A DNA stretch of 64,000 nt from Blepharisma stoltei ATCC 30299 (GCA_965603825.1 CBFDEM010000057.1:124001-188000); one strand, 5' to 3'; positions 22,205-33,434 are shown, counted from the stretch's first letter. Made by a program: numbers and translations. The notes: generated from the sequence alone by a model not told the origin.

Positions 22205-25200
22205 ATGGATTTGCCTGAACATCTTTACAATTGACTTCAAACACTTGGAATTATACCTTATAGCGATAACGCTGAATCTGACCGTTATTCCCTTCCTGAA
22301 GAAATTGTAGAAAGCTTGGAGTCCGGAGACTGTGTAACACTTCTCGTTAAACACTTAAATCAAATAAAAGTAACTGCAACATAGAATAACTTTGAAAGGC
22401 TCACAACGCCTATCCCTGAATTAAATACACTCAAGCCAGTAACAAACCTTTCAGCCAAACTCTACAACTGAAATATCATTGTTCAAGCTCTGCAACTTTT
22501 AGGTGTTACTATTGATCCTGACACAAAAAGCTTAATTGTTGCTGGAGACCGAGAAATGATCACTGAAGTCCTTGAACAAATTTATCAAGCCGCCAAGCCA
22601 CAAGCTGAAAATCCTCCTCCGCAGCCTACACAAGTATATAAAAAAGCTATCACAACTTCAGAAGGAGGCGTAATAATTGACTCAATTGACTCAAGTAAGC
22701 CATTATTTGAAGCTGACACTTGTTTGGAGTTTTTTATTCTCTCATTTTGTCACAATTTTAATATCACTCCTAAGCAAGCAGCTGGACTACTTACCCAAGG
22801 CTATAAATACCTAGCTCATATTGTAGCAAAAGGGCTAAAAGGCGACTTTGAGCCTGTAATTATATGACTTCAAGACATATATTCAAATACTGAAAGATTG
22901 CATGGACTTATCCAAAACGAAATTTCTGGAGGCTCAATGAATTTTGTGTTATCTGCTTTTAAACCAGGGCTGATTTCTAAAGAAATGGAAGCCTCCCAAT
23001 GGACTTATAGAGTATATTCCAAGCTATGTTTAGAGCTCGCTGAAAATGACTCTCTAAAAGAAGCCTGGAATTGGTTCATTAATGGTACCTCCTGCATTGA
23101 ATTGTGCCTTAAAAGCTTAAAAAGGCATGGGAACGCAATTTTTCCAAATTTAGTTGAATTTTTATTGCAGATTGGCCAGCAGAACTACGTGGAATTATTT
23201 ACTTTGCACTTAAGAAATGCAATCCCAGACTCAAAAGAGTATTTAAATTTAATGAATGATTTTTTACCTCTGCTTTCAGAAAGCCAAACTGCATATGATG
23301 ATATTGCAGATTCTGGGGTTGTAGGATATTGGCTAGAACTCGGGATGAGAGAAGCAGAGTCAGGGCAAAATCACGACCCAGGGACAAGAAGCTGTGCATT
23401 GTATTTTTTATTGCATTTATTAACAGAATTTTTTCCTAAAATATCAAGTAATGAAATTCTAGTCAATGCAGTGCTATCATTGTTAAACAGAACATGCAGG
23501 GACGAAAGCAAGGCTCTTCAAAACATGGCAGTCGGCATGCTGTTTCTTTTACTTGAATTTTTTGCTGGAGAAAAAAGTAATTACGCCCCAATTGTGTATA
23601 GAACCCTCACGTTTTTGCTTGTAGAAAATTACTCCCATAACGAAATGAGAGAATATTTAGAATGCAATTTCAGGATGACTTATAAAACAATTGGGTCAAT
23701 ACCAGTAGGAGTTTTATTGGAGCCACTAGTCAAAAGACTCCAGCTGAGCGAGGTCCATTTAGACGTTTTTGATTTTGATTTTCTAGTCGCACTCTCACAG
23801 CATCCAAGTTTGACTGTAAAACATGCAATCCAGCTTATTGATATTGTAGGGAAAACTTATCTAAATGACTTAATACGATCCCGAGCTTGTGGGGTGCCGT
23901 TTACCTACTTAGCTGACCGCTTTGTGGAAACTGAAGCTATGCAGGACTATTTATATATGTTTTCTCGATATTCGTTAAATTTGGTATTAACATGTGAACA
24001 GCAGAATTATCAAGTAAAACAAGGAAACCCAAAAAATAAGCACTCAATTTCTGAGGCACAAATGGACGAGCTCAGGCAGCAGAGAAATTTGATTTTAGAT
24101 ATGATAAGTTGAATTGTTCAGCAATGGCAAGAAAGCTTAAATGAAAAGCTTAAAAATCTTATACTGCAGACAAATTATGCATTTTTCCAAGTCCTTGGGT
24201 TGAACTGCAAAAGTATTCTTGAAGTTTTAAGCCTTTTTGGAGAGCCTGAGCAGTTAGTTAAATCTTTTGAACAGGAAAATGCAGAACTGATTGTCCCACA
24301 TGAAGAAGAAGGTGAAGACGAAGATGCCAAAGGCTCTGAAAACTATCAAATTGTGCCTGTAGAAGAAGGAAACTCTGAAAATCAAGGAAATAAAGAAAAA
24401 AAGGGTCAGTTTCCATGAGACAGGGCTTTTTCTGATATAGAAAAAGCAAAGAAAAAAAGGCTGGAAAAAGAACTTAAGGCTAAAGAAGAAGAGGAAAAAA
24501 AGCAAAAAGCGTTAGAACAGAATAAGAAAAAACTACAAAAACAGCTTGAAATAAGAAAAGTTGAGCAAGGGAGGCATCGAGATGCTAATGATATTTCGAT
24601 GTATGAAGAAGGAGTGGCGACTAAATATATAGCGCCTCCAGATGAAATTACATTAAAAGAATTCAGCTCTGCTGAGTCAGATGAGCAGGAAGCTATAGAT
24701 TTACTATTGAAAAAGTATTCTAGAGTATTTAAAATACTTTTCGTTAAATATTCTGGAACTGGGCATGCAAGAAAAAATGGAGCTGTTTCTTCCTTTGATT
24801 ATTTAGCAGATAGAAAATCGAAATTAACTGAAGCAGAAATGATTAAAGTTTTAATTGATCATAGTGTCATTCCAAAGTTGCTTACAAAAGAAGAGCTAAA
24901 AACTATCATGAAAACTTATCTTTTGAAAATAGTCAAACAAAATGACTTATCAAACGTTGACTATGATGGATTTAAAGGATTATTTTGCCAAATCGCTTGG
25001 TTTATCTATTCAAGGAATCCTCATGATTTTAGCCACTTGCCAGCAATAATCCCAATTCAAACATTGCTAGATTTTATGAGAGACGATATGAAAGAAAAAG
25101 GATTTTCAACAGAAATGTATGATGACCCTGATCCTGGAACTGGCGATAAAGATGTTGTTAAAAAATTAAATAAGCTGCTTAGATCAAACCCAGATACACC

Positions 25201-26923
25201 TTTGCCTGAAGGCTACAAAAAAATACAAGACAAAGAAATAGACATCGCATATGTGATCCCAAGCATGCTTAAACTGCCTGAAGCTAAATTGATTTCTTTA
25301 GAAATATTAGATGGAGTTTTAGACAAAACTTTTGGAGTCCACATAATAGAACCTCTTGTAAAATTCCGAACTTATTATCGTGCCAAAGGAATCGCCCCAA
25401 AACCCCCAGAAGTAACCTTATCAGCTCCTTCAGAAAATATAAAATCCAAAGATAAGCTGCCAACTATCCAAGCTCAGCCTTCAATAATTCCAAAACAAGC
25501 CAAATTATCCCCTCTTTTGAAATTCGAAATAGCCAAAGCTCCACCCGGCCAAAAAGACACATACGAACAATGTGCAATAGTCCTCGAAAACATTTTACAT
25601 ACCCTCCACATGAAATCCAGGAAATTTTTAAATAGGGTAGAAGTCACCCCTAATAAACTTGAAGAGAAATTCGAGCTGAAAAAAGAACGGGAAAAAGAAG
25701 CTGAAGAAAAAAAGAAACAAGAGATGGAAAAGAAAAGAAAAATGAGGCAACAAATGCTGCTAGAAGAAATCGCAAGAGCCAAAGCAGAAAGGCAGGAAAA
25801 ACTGAAAATTGATGAAGAAAAAAGGAAAATAGAGAAGGCAAAGGAAGAAGAAAAAAAGAGGAAAAAAATGGAAAGGGAAAGAAAAGAAAGAGAAGAAAGG
25901 TTTAGTGTGGCTAAAGAAGTTGTAGAAGTAAAAAAAGAAAAAGAAGTTAAACTGCCTGATCCAGAAGAAATAATAAAAAAACAAAAAGAAGAAGAAAAAA
26001 ATAGGAAAAAATTTGAAGAAGCAAAGAGAAGGAATGCAGAAAGATTGCAACAAGCAATTAAAGAGAAAGAATCAAAAGGGAGAGAGATAAAAATGGCAGA
26101 TATAACTAAAGAGCTGAAAGAGCAGCAGGAAAAAATTATAAAACAAAAAACAACAGCCAAGATATTAAAAAACGCAAAACAGAGCACAGAAAAAAGTAAT
26201 CAAACTAAGCAAGAAATCAGTACTTTGTTGCATGATAAAGATTATAATGAAATAATTGATAGGTTTTCGCAGCAGATTGACACAGTTTATTCGTTTTACT
26301 GTAAACAAGGATCAGCTAAAATAGAACAAGATGCTACGTCAATGTTCAATTCTATGACTTTCCAAGTCTTCAATAAATTTTGTCTTCAATTTAGAATATT
26401 CCCAGGCCTCGTCACCGGTGATGAGCATCAAATAATCTTCAAACATTTGACTAAACAGAAAACATTTCCACCTGGAATCCCTCCAATAATTACAGTTGAT
26501 GAATTTAAGCAAGCATTAGCTCATATAGCTTCACACGCAAGGACTAAACTAAATCAGCAAGCTGCTCAAGGTCCAAATATGCTTAGTGCGAAAACTTTTT
26601 TTTCATTAATAAAATACCTTGAGCTTGATATACCAGTCAAAACTTTAAAAGCAAAACTAAAAAAGCTTGCGGAAGAAAAGCCATCAAGAATTAACTCAAT
26701 AATGGGTTCTGCAGAAGCCACTGTAATGGAAGAAATCAAAGAGGCAGTTTTAGAACCAATGATTAATTATGAAAAAATATACAATGAAGATGAGAAAAAA
26801 GCGAAAATTTTAGAAGAAGAAGAAGAAGAAGCAATTCTCCAAAAAATTTTTGAGTCTAAGAACTTATCCCCAACCGAAGAAGGTGCTTTGCAAGATATAA
26901 GCTATCCTGAATATAATGATTAA
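22205..26923 (+). CDS. Large (~1567 aa) protein: N-terminal calponin-homology-like domain, helical repeat region, charged coiled-coil; intron 22370-22384; several UGA=Trp
   Basis: Four track ORFs share one frame when TGA=W. LYN[W]L...KLYN[W]NIIVQAL..LGV.ID..LIVAGD is CH-like. Confidence 0.82.
22370..22384 (+). other. 15-nt intron (GTAACTGCAACATAG)
   Basis: GT-AG, A10, removes an in-frame TAG. Confidence 0.88.
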
Positions 26924-26943
26924 TAAAAATTCAAATAATTTAA

Positions 26944-27474
26944 ATGAAAAGTGTAAGAGTCAGAACTGCTTCTGCTAGAAAACCGGCAAAGAAAAAAGCA
27001 AGCAGGCGTGAAGAGCTTAGTCATGAGCATACTAAGGATATAAAAGAAGCTTTTGATTTATTCGATATTTCAGGTGCTGGCACAATTGAAGGAAAAGAGC
27101 TTAGAGTTGCTTTACGGGCTTTAGGATTTGACCCATCTAAAGAAGAAATAGAGCAGCTAGTAGGAACTGCAACGCAAACTGGAAGGATTGATTTTCATGA
27201 GTTTCTTGACATTATAATCAATAAAGTAAGCGAGCCAGATACCCCAGAAGACATTGAGCGAGCTTTTGCAATGCTTGATTTAGACAGCAATGGAGTCATT
27301 ACAAAAGAAAGTTTACAAAAAGTTATAAGTGAGCTTGGAGAAGACATGAGTGAAGAAGAAATCGAAAAAATGATAAGAGTAGCCCAGAAAGGATCAAAAG
27401 GATCCAAAGAAAAACGCAAGCTTGAAGTGACTTTTAATGAATTTTTGGGAATTATGAATAAAGCTGATAATTAA
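26944..27474 (+). CDS. Centrin/caltractin-like EF-hand protein (divergent)
   Basis: [26 protein letters not shown]; IDFHEF; AF..LDLDSNG.I; [15 protein letters not shown]. Confidence 0.9.
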   Translation: MKSVRVRTASARKPAKKKASRREELSHEHTKDIKEAFDLFDISGAGTIEGKELRVALRALGFDPSKEEIEQLVGTATQTGRIDFHEFLDIIINKVSEPDTPEDIERAFAMLDLDSNGVITKESLQKVISELGEDMSEEEIEKMIRVAQKGSKGSKEKRKLEVTFNEFLGIMNKADN

Positions 27475-27481
27475 TTAAAAT

Positions 27482-28624
27482 ATGTCAAAAACATTTAAAT
27501 CATTCAATCAAGAAGAAAATCAGCAAAGTGATTATAAAAATCTTGACAAACCTTTGACAAGGACCACTCAATTGAGCCCAATAACTGATCTGCAAACCAA
27601 ATTAAATGTCTTGAACCGGGAAAATCAACAATTAAAATCAGAAATATGTGATAAAGTTGTAGAAGCCCAAGAATTGCAAGCAGAATTAACTGCAATTCGA
27701 GAGCTAAACGACATTAAAGACCAAAACTTAAGCAAACTTAAAGAAGAGCTAAAACAGGCTACAACTGCTAATAGTAAAGCAGCAGGCGAACAGCGTTTTC
27801 TTCAAGAACAAATGCTGCTATTTCAGCAAGAGCAAGAACAGCTATTAGATGACTATGAACAAGCCTTAGCTAAAATTGAAGTTTTATCAAAAGAAAAAAA
27901 TCAAGCTTTATTCCAATTAGAAGAATTAAATACTCGATGCCATTTTTTGGAACGGCAAAATGAAGACTTGACTAATAGCAAAAACCAGGACAGTTCAGAA
28001 ATTTATCAGCTCAGGACACAACTAAAAGAAAAAAATGAGGAGGTTTTTGCATCAAAGCAACAATTGGAAAATTTAAGGAATGAGGCGAAAGGGTATATTG
28101 ATGAACTTCATCATATGCATCAAATTAATGAAAGATCAGAAGAAACTGCCAAAGGGCTAAGGGAGGAAATTAGAAGGCTGCAGAGTCAGATGGATGAACA
28201 GTTTTTAAAGACTCAAAATACTGAAAGAGAAATGATGAAAGCTAGAGAAATGAGCGGAGAGTTAAAAAACATTGAAAGAGATAACAGGAGGTTAGAGGAG
28301 CAACTGAGAGAGTCAAACTTAATGCTAAGCCAAAAAGATGCAGATTTAGAAGGAAGATACACAGAAATATCAAAACTCCAAAAATCAAATAAAGAGTTAA
28401 GGGATGACAATTATACGTTATCAAGCAAACTTGTAGAATTTGAAAATGAAAATGAAAGACTGAGAAGGTCAAATGATGAATTCAGAATTAGGGTTGATTA
28501 TTTAAGTGAAAACGATAAAGAAATCAGAGGATATTTGAGTAGAAAAGAAAAAATGCTGAGAATTAGAGAACAAGCAGAAAGAGAGCTGCAGGACGCTCTT
28601 GATTCTTTCAGCTCAACTAAGTAA
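27482..28624 (+). CDS. Long coiled-coil protein
   Basis: 380-aa uninterrupted ORF with continuous heptads. Confidence 0.85.
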   Translation: MSKTFKSFNQEENQQSDYKNLDKPLTRTTQLSPITDLQTKLNVLNRENQQLKSEICDKVVEAQELQAELTAIRELNDIKDQNLSKLKEELKQATTANSKAAGEQRFLQEQMLLFQQEQEQLLDDYEQALAKIEVLSKEKNQALFQLEELNTRCHFLERQNEDLTNSKNQDSSEIYQLRTQLKEKNEEVFASKQQLENLRNEAKGYIDELHHMHQINERSEETAKGLREEIRRLQSQMDEQFLKTQNTEREMMKAREMSGELKNIERDNRRLEEQLRESNLMLSQKDADLEGRYTEISKLQKSNKELRDDNYTLSSKLVEFENENERLRRSNDEFRIRVDYLSENDKEIRGYLSRKEKMLRIREQAERELQDALDSFSSTK

Positions 28625-28978
28625 TAAACATATATTATTATAGAAATGATTTTCGATGTTGATATAAAGCAAAAGCAATTAAAACCCAAAATGGTTAATT
28701 ACTGGCTTTTTGCTTCAAATTTAAAAAATAAAGCTAGATTTCTGTTTAAGATTATATTTTGTATATATAGCTCTAATTAAATCTAGCACCTCGCAAATCT
28801 ATTTTCTCTACATACCCATAAAGATTCCATTTTACCCCTATTCATTCAAAATTAAAACACCCGATCCACCCTTCAAACAATAATAAAAAAATCAATTATT
28901 TTAATCTATAGTCAATTAAAGTTAGCTTTACCTTGTGTCTGTGCAGTAGTTTAAATTTTATTTAAAATGAGGACTTTA

Positions 28979-29569
28979 TTAAAACAAGAAATCATCAGGA
29001 TCCAAATCAGCTAAAGTCGTAGGCAATTTTAATGAATCTTGTTTTCCAATCATATCGGCAAAATTAAATGGTACCGTAGTTAATTCAGTCGATTCAGATA
29101 GCTCTAAATTAGTATTAGTAGGGCTACCTTTAATTCGAGACAGTTTCGGCAGAGTCTCATTTGTGCTCAAGGTGCTTGCATCAGAATCCAGTCCTTTCCT
29201 GACTTTATCAGTAGGTTCGGAAAACTGTGACTCGTCAGTTGCTTGCTTAAGGCGCTTCGTAGGAGGCGGGGAAGTACTCGTCTCTTTAGCGTCAGTCTTC
29301 AGAAGAGCTTTGATTTTGTCATTGTGAAAAGTCTCGACCTTGTCCATGTGTTCTTTGGCAGCTTGTAGGCCAAAGAAGAGTTGTCCAGCATCCTTAGATG
29401 AATATTCAATCCAAGATTTTGTGTCTGGGGAATATACAACAAGTAGCAAGTCAACTTCATGCTGCATAGCTAACTCTACAGCCTTTTTGACAAGTGTCTC
29501 GATTCTCCTAGATCTAAGCTTTACGTCAATGTTTCTCTTGCGCCCTTCACGATTTTTATTGTGATTCAT
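28979..29569 (-). CDS. Divergent MADS-box (SRF-type) transcription factor
   Basis: RRIETLVKKAVELAMQHEVDLLLVVYSP parallels the MADS consensus KRRxGLxKKAxELSxLCxxxVxLIIFS; S/T-rich tail. Confidence 0.7.
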   Translation of the reverse strand: MNHNKNREGRKRNIDVKLRSRRIETLVKKAVELAMQHEVDLLLVVYSPDTKSWIEYSSKDAGQLFFGLQAAKEHMDKVETFHNDKIKALLKTDAKETSTSPPPTKRLKQATDESQFSEPTDKVRKGLDSDASTLSTNETLPKLSRIKGSPTNTNLELSESTELTTVPFNFADMIGKQDSLKLPTTLADLDPDDFLF

Positions 29570-30084
29570 TTATATATGTGGTATACTGAGAAGTTAAATT
29601 CTTTCTTATAATTATAAAACATATTGATATTGAATAAATATGAATTTCGCTTGCATTTATACGTGGTGAAAGATAATTTGTTATTCAGTGATGCTCCATT
29701 ATGAAATTTAGATTAAAATAATTGATTTTTGGATTAAAATAATTATAATTAAGTGGTAATTAATGTACAAGTTATTTGATTTTGTATGCTTCTATAATTT
29801 ATTATTTATTTTTAAGCATTTATAACGATAATAATCTAATTATTGGCTGTATAGATTTCATAAGGATTTTATGAATACTCTATGACAGAATGGATCAGAT
29901 TTGTATTTTGAAGTAAATAGTGCTTATAAAATGTTTTGATTATAAAAATAAGTGGCCAAATAGACATGATTGGGTAGATCACTAAAGATTCCATATTTGG
30001 CGCAACAATTTAACCAGTGGAGATTTTATGTTGAAAACAGCCAAGGCATGTGAATTAAAAATATAAGCGCAATCTATATGAAGA

Positions 30085-30100
30085 TTATAGACACAAAGTC
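30085..30100. repeat. Target-site duplication, left copy TTATAGACACAAAGTC
   Basis: Identical to 31708-31723. Confidence 0.92.
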
Positions 30101-30261
30101 TATTCTATTCTATTAAATATAACAGTGCATGCACTGTTGAAGCTCTTATGAGCTTTTAAACAATCAATCTGTAATTTTAGTTTGCTTTGGTCGTTGCTTC
30201 AGGTTTCTGGTTGTATTCCTTTCGCTTTAATTCCTTGTATGTTGACATGGCTAGTAGTTTT

Positions 30262-31691
30262 TAGTCTGCTACGCTCCTCATTTCTAGTTTTCTTTTCTTG
30301 AATAACCTGCTTCAGTCATCATTCTCTTCTTCGGAATCGATAATGGTGACAACTTGACTTGTTGTGATGACGACTCCTGTGTTGGTGGCATGACTTAAAG
30401 TGCTGATGCAATTTTCATTGATAATATAACTTGCGGTGGTGGTTCAGTTTGTATTGGTGGCGCGACTTGTAGCGGAAGCGTGTCTTGTATTGTCGGTGCG
30501 TCCTGTAATGATGACATGACTTGTAGCGATGGCTTAACTTGCAACGATGGCATTACTTGTAGCGGCGGTGTGTTTGGTGTTGATGTCATGACTTGTAGTC
30601 GCGTCATGTCTTGTTGTGATGACGAACCTTGTATTGTTGACATAACTTGCAGTGTTGGTTCAATCCGTGATGATGCCATGACTTGTGATGGTGTCATGAC
30701 TTGTGATGACGATGAATCTTGCAGCGGTTGCTTGATTTGCAGAGTCGGTACATCTTGCAATGACGACACGACTTGTGGTGGTGGTTTAACCTGCACGTAC
30801 GCTAAACTACTTAGCTTATCCTGTTCGTCAGTCTGCATTTTGTCTTTTTTTATCCCTTCCCTTGCTAGCTTGCTGATCCTTTTTTCTTCCTCCTTCTTTT
30901 CCCTATTGGCTCGGCTTTTTTCCTGCATTCTTCTCTCTTTGCTTTCAGTTTTGCGTGCCCTTTCTCGTTATGTCCTATTTCCCCGCATGTAGCACAAAAA
31001 AGAGTTGCTGTATGATTGAGTCACACTTTTCTGTTCCTGATTATTATCTCATCCGTCAGATCCAAGGCTTTTTCTAATGTCTCGAATTCCAAATAAAAGG
31101 CGTACCTAGAGTTTGTGCTGAAATGTGCGTTGTAACTTTTCCCTTCTGAGCTTATCACGTCGTCTACTGCTACTTCTACAACCTTGCCTACCTTATTTAG
31201 TTCCTGAATAATTTCTTCCACAGCAATCCCAGTCGGCACTACTACTTGCACCCTGTAGCTAACGTAGTTAATTTCTCCCTCCTTTAATGCAGGACCCAGT
31301 GGAACCATTATTCTTTTCCCTTCATGCTGTACCGTTAGCTTTCCTCTCCTCTTTAGTTCTTTTAGCGCATCTTCGTCCGCAATGTTACTACTGCATCCCC
31401 TGAGGGTAATTTAATGCCCCTAATTAGGTCTCCATCTCTAGTGGCTGCCTCCAGTGCTACAACAAATGAGCAGTATAAGTTCCGCTTCTTCTCTTCATCT
31501 CCCTTTCTTAGATATTTCGATAAATAAAATTTCAATGTTCATTCTAGGCATGCCGAGTCTTCCAGTTGTGGCAAAGTGTTGATGGGAGCACTGAAGCTAT
31601 AACAGAATCCATCCCTACCAAATCCCAGGACTTGGAGTTCCTCGTCCTTTGCGGCTCTGAGAGTTGTCTGTTTTTGCTTGTCACTCCACAT
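30262..31691 (-). pseudogene. Disrupted LINE ORF1-like gene (RRM-like region, CX2CX4HX4H knuckle, hexapeptide repeats)
   Basis: ATG 31691 MWSDKQ...; frameshift ~31381; CATCGEIGHNEKGH at 30995-30955; frameshift ~30930; apparent CAA>TAA at 30395 inside the LQVM repeat. The original stop position is uncertain. Confidence 0.75.
30383..30796 (-). repeat. Degenerate 18-bp tandem repeat encoding xxLQVM-type hexapeptides
   Basis: Gln recurs about every 6 residues (PPLQVM PSLQVK PSLQVM SSLQDA PTIQDT ...). Confidence 0.85.
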
Positions 31692-31707
31692 CCGAATAAA
31701 TAAAACG

Positions 31708-31723
31708 TTATAGACACAAAGTC
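31708..31723. repeat. Target-site duplication, right copy TTATAGACACAAAGTC
   Basis: Identical to 30085-30100. Confidence 0.92.
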
Positions 31724-32440
31724 AGTTATTTTGTTTTAATATCTAATACTTTTTTATCATTCACTTATATAAAAAAGGAGTCAATGAAATTGCAGCTGAT
31801 ATCAGGCTAATCGCCGAAACTGTATTTAATGCAAAAAATAAAGCTCATATCTCTGAAACATTGACTTAATATCTGAAGAAAAGAAATATAAAATTCTCCA
31901 AATTTACAATCTTTAATTCCATAATTGATATTAAGAAATACTTAGAAGTATGAAAATTAGTTAATTATCATGTTGCTGGAGATTTAGGCCAAAGAATATC
32001 CCAATCTTTGCATTCAATAAGCGTCATCAATCCAATCAATCTATTACTATAAAACATATATTTATACAATAAATAAATCTCGAATTCCCTTTTATCATAA
32101 GCCTTCAGAAAAAAAAATCTAATATAGAGTACGAAATTGCGTTATGAGCAGTTAAAATATATGTCTAATAGCTCCATAACTTCTGATTAAAAGAAATAAT
32201 ATTCCTATTAATATTTATTGCATGTTCTAATTCCTAGTGAGAAACAATTTAGCTATACGCACTTTATTATTTTATTAGTTTATAATATAAACGAAATCTG
32301 TTCAGCCTAAATTATATTTTAAAGACATTGTATAATTTATAATTCATCGATTATTCTATTTAATCAATCCTGTTAGCTTATGATTTCAATCTGATCACCA
32401 TTTTATATCGTAATAAAATAATTATAAACATAAAATAGTG

Positions 32441-32908
32441 ATGGATATGCTACCACAAATTACCAATGGCACTTCTCCAAAATCCCTGGACCAGTTTTCA
32501 GGATTAAGTCTATTGGAAATCCCTGAAGAGACTTCCAAAGGAAAAAGCAAAAAAAGATCGAAAAAAGCCAATGATTTCTCAATCAGATTTAAAACTGAGA
32601 TATGCCGGAATTGGGAGAACGGATTCTGCGAATTTGGCGAAAAATGTACATTTGCCCATGGCCAAGATGAGCTGAGGTCTAAGGAAGGTCTCCCTATCAA
32701 ACAATCCAAAGCCTGCAAGCAGTATTTTGAACTAGGGTACTGTCTTTTGGGTTCAAAATGTGCTTCAGAGCATGCTGACGACTCTGACAAAACCGCTTCA
32801 AGCTCGCCTTCTAATAGTACAGTAGCCAGCAGAAAATCATCTGTAGATAGCTCGTGCCAATGCATGCCTTTATTTATTGACCTCGAATGCAGAGGAATGT
32901 ATATATAA
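32441..32908 (+). CDS. Tandem CCCH zinc-finger protein (TIS11/TTP-like)
   Basis: RFKTEICRNW..GFCEFGEKCTFAHG; KACKQY..GYCLLGSKCASEH. Confidence 0.92.
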   Translation: MDMLPQITNGTSPKSLDQFSGLSLLEIPEETSKGKSKKRSKKANDFSIRFKTEICRNWENGFCEFGEKCTFAHGQDELRSKEGLPIKQSKACKQYFELGYCLLGSKCASEHADDSDKTASSSPSNSTVASRKSSVDSSCQCMPLFIDLECRGMYI

Positions 32909-33067
32909 ATATACATAGAATACTTAATGTAATTAACTTAATTTATAGATAACCGGAATTTTTAAGTATTTTGAGGGCTCAAAGCATTTATCAGTATAGA
33001 CAGGCAAAATCGGGGATATGAAAATGGCGTTTATATATAAAAAGGCTTAACTGACAATTATAAATTT

Positions 33068-33397
33068 ATGAACAAAATTGAGTCAGAAAATCAAAAAAAG
33101 AAAATTTATATTGAAAATCAAGAGAGTGAGTTCCCAATAAGCACCCTTAAGAGTTACAGGCAACAAACGCTCTTTGAAGAAGAATCAAGCAGAGTATTAT
33201 GTGAAAATAATTGTAAAATAGTCAAAGAAATCGCATTGCATAAAATAGAATCCACACAAAGTATCATGACTGACAGCACACTGTCCTCTGCAGACGACAG
33301 AAGTAAACGCAACAATTTTCGGAGAAAAAAATTATCAGTGGATTTCCCAAAAAGAATTAACGGGAAATGTATATATGAAATTCTATGCGGCAAATAA
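33068..33397 (+). CDS. Hypothetical protein
   Basis: 109-aa ATG-TAA ORF with host-like composition; no motif recognised. Confidence 0.55.
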   Translation: MNKIESENQKKKIYIENQESEFPISTLKSYRQQTLFEEESSRVLCENNCKIVKEIALHKIESTQSIMTDSTLSSADDRSKRNNFRRKKLSVDFPKRINGKCIYEILCGK

Positions 33398-33434
33398 TGA
33401 TAATCTATTAATTTTCAATTATTTAATTACTAAA

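Larger units (their letters stand above)
30101..31707 (-). mobile_element. Non-autonomous non-LTR retroelement-like insertion encoding only an ORF1-like protein
   Basis: Exact 16-bp flanking direct repeat, 3' (AATAG)3 tail, subterminal hairpins, visibly higher GC/CpG than flanks, ORF1-like zinc knuckle. Confidence 0.82.

Noticed and set aside
25474-26187. Long F/S/L-rich antisense ORFs (also 13309-13911, 53250-55832, 57404-58516 and others)
   Set aside because: These are shadows of E/K-rich coding sequence on the opposite strand.
30383-30796. CRISPR-like array
   Set aside because: Degenerate contiguous 18-bp coding repeats without spacers, in a eukaryotic context.
30480-30992. Cys-rich plus-strand ORF (TCSDGLTCNDGITC...) resembling a surface antigen or metallothionein
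   Set aside because: It is the antisense reading of the 18-bp LQVM repeat. It has no ATG start, and the minus strand carries the knuckle, tail and polarity.
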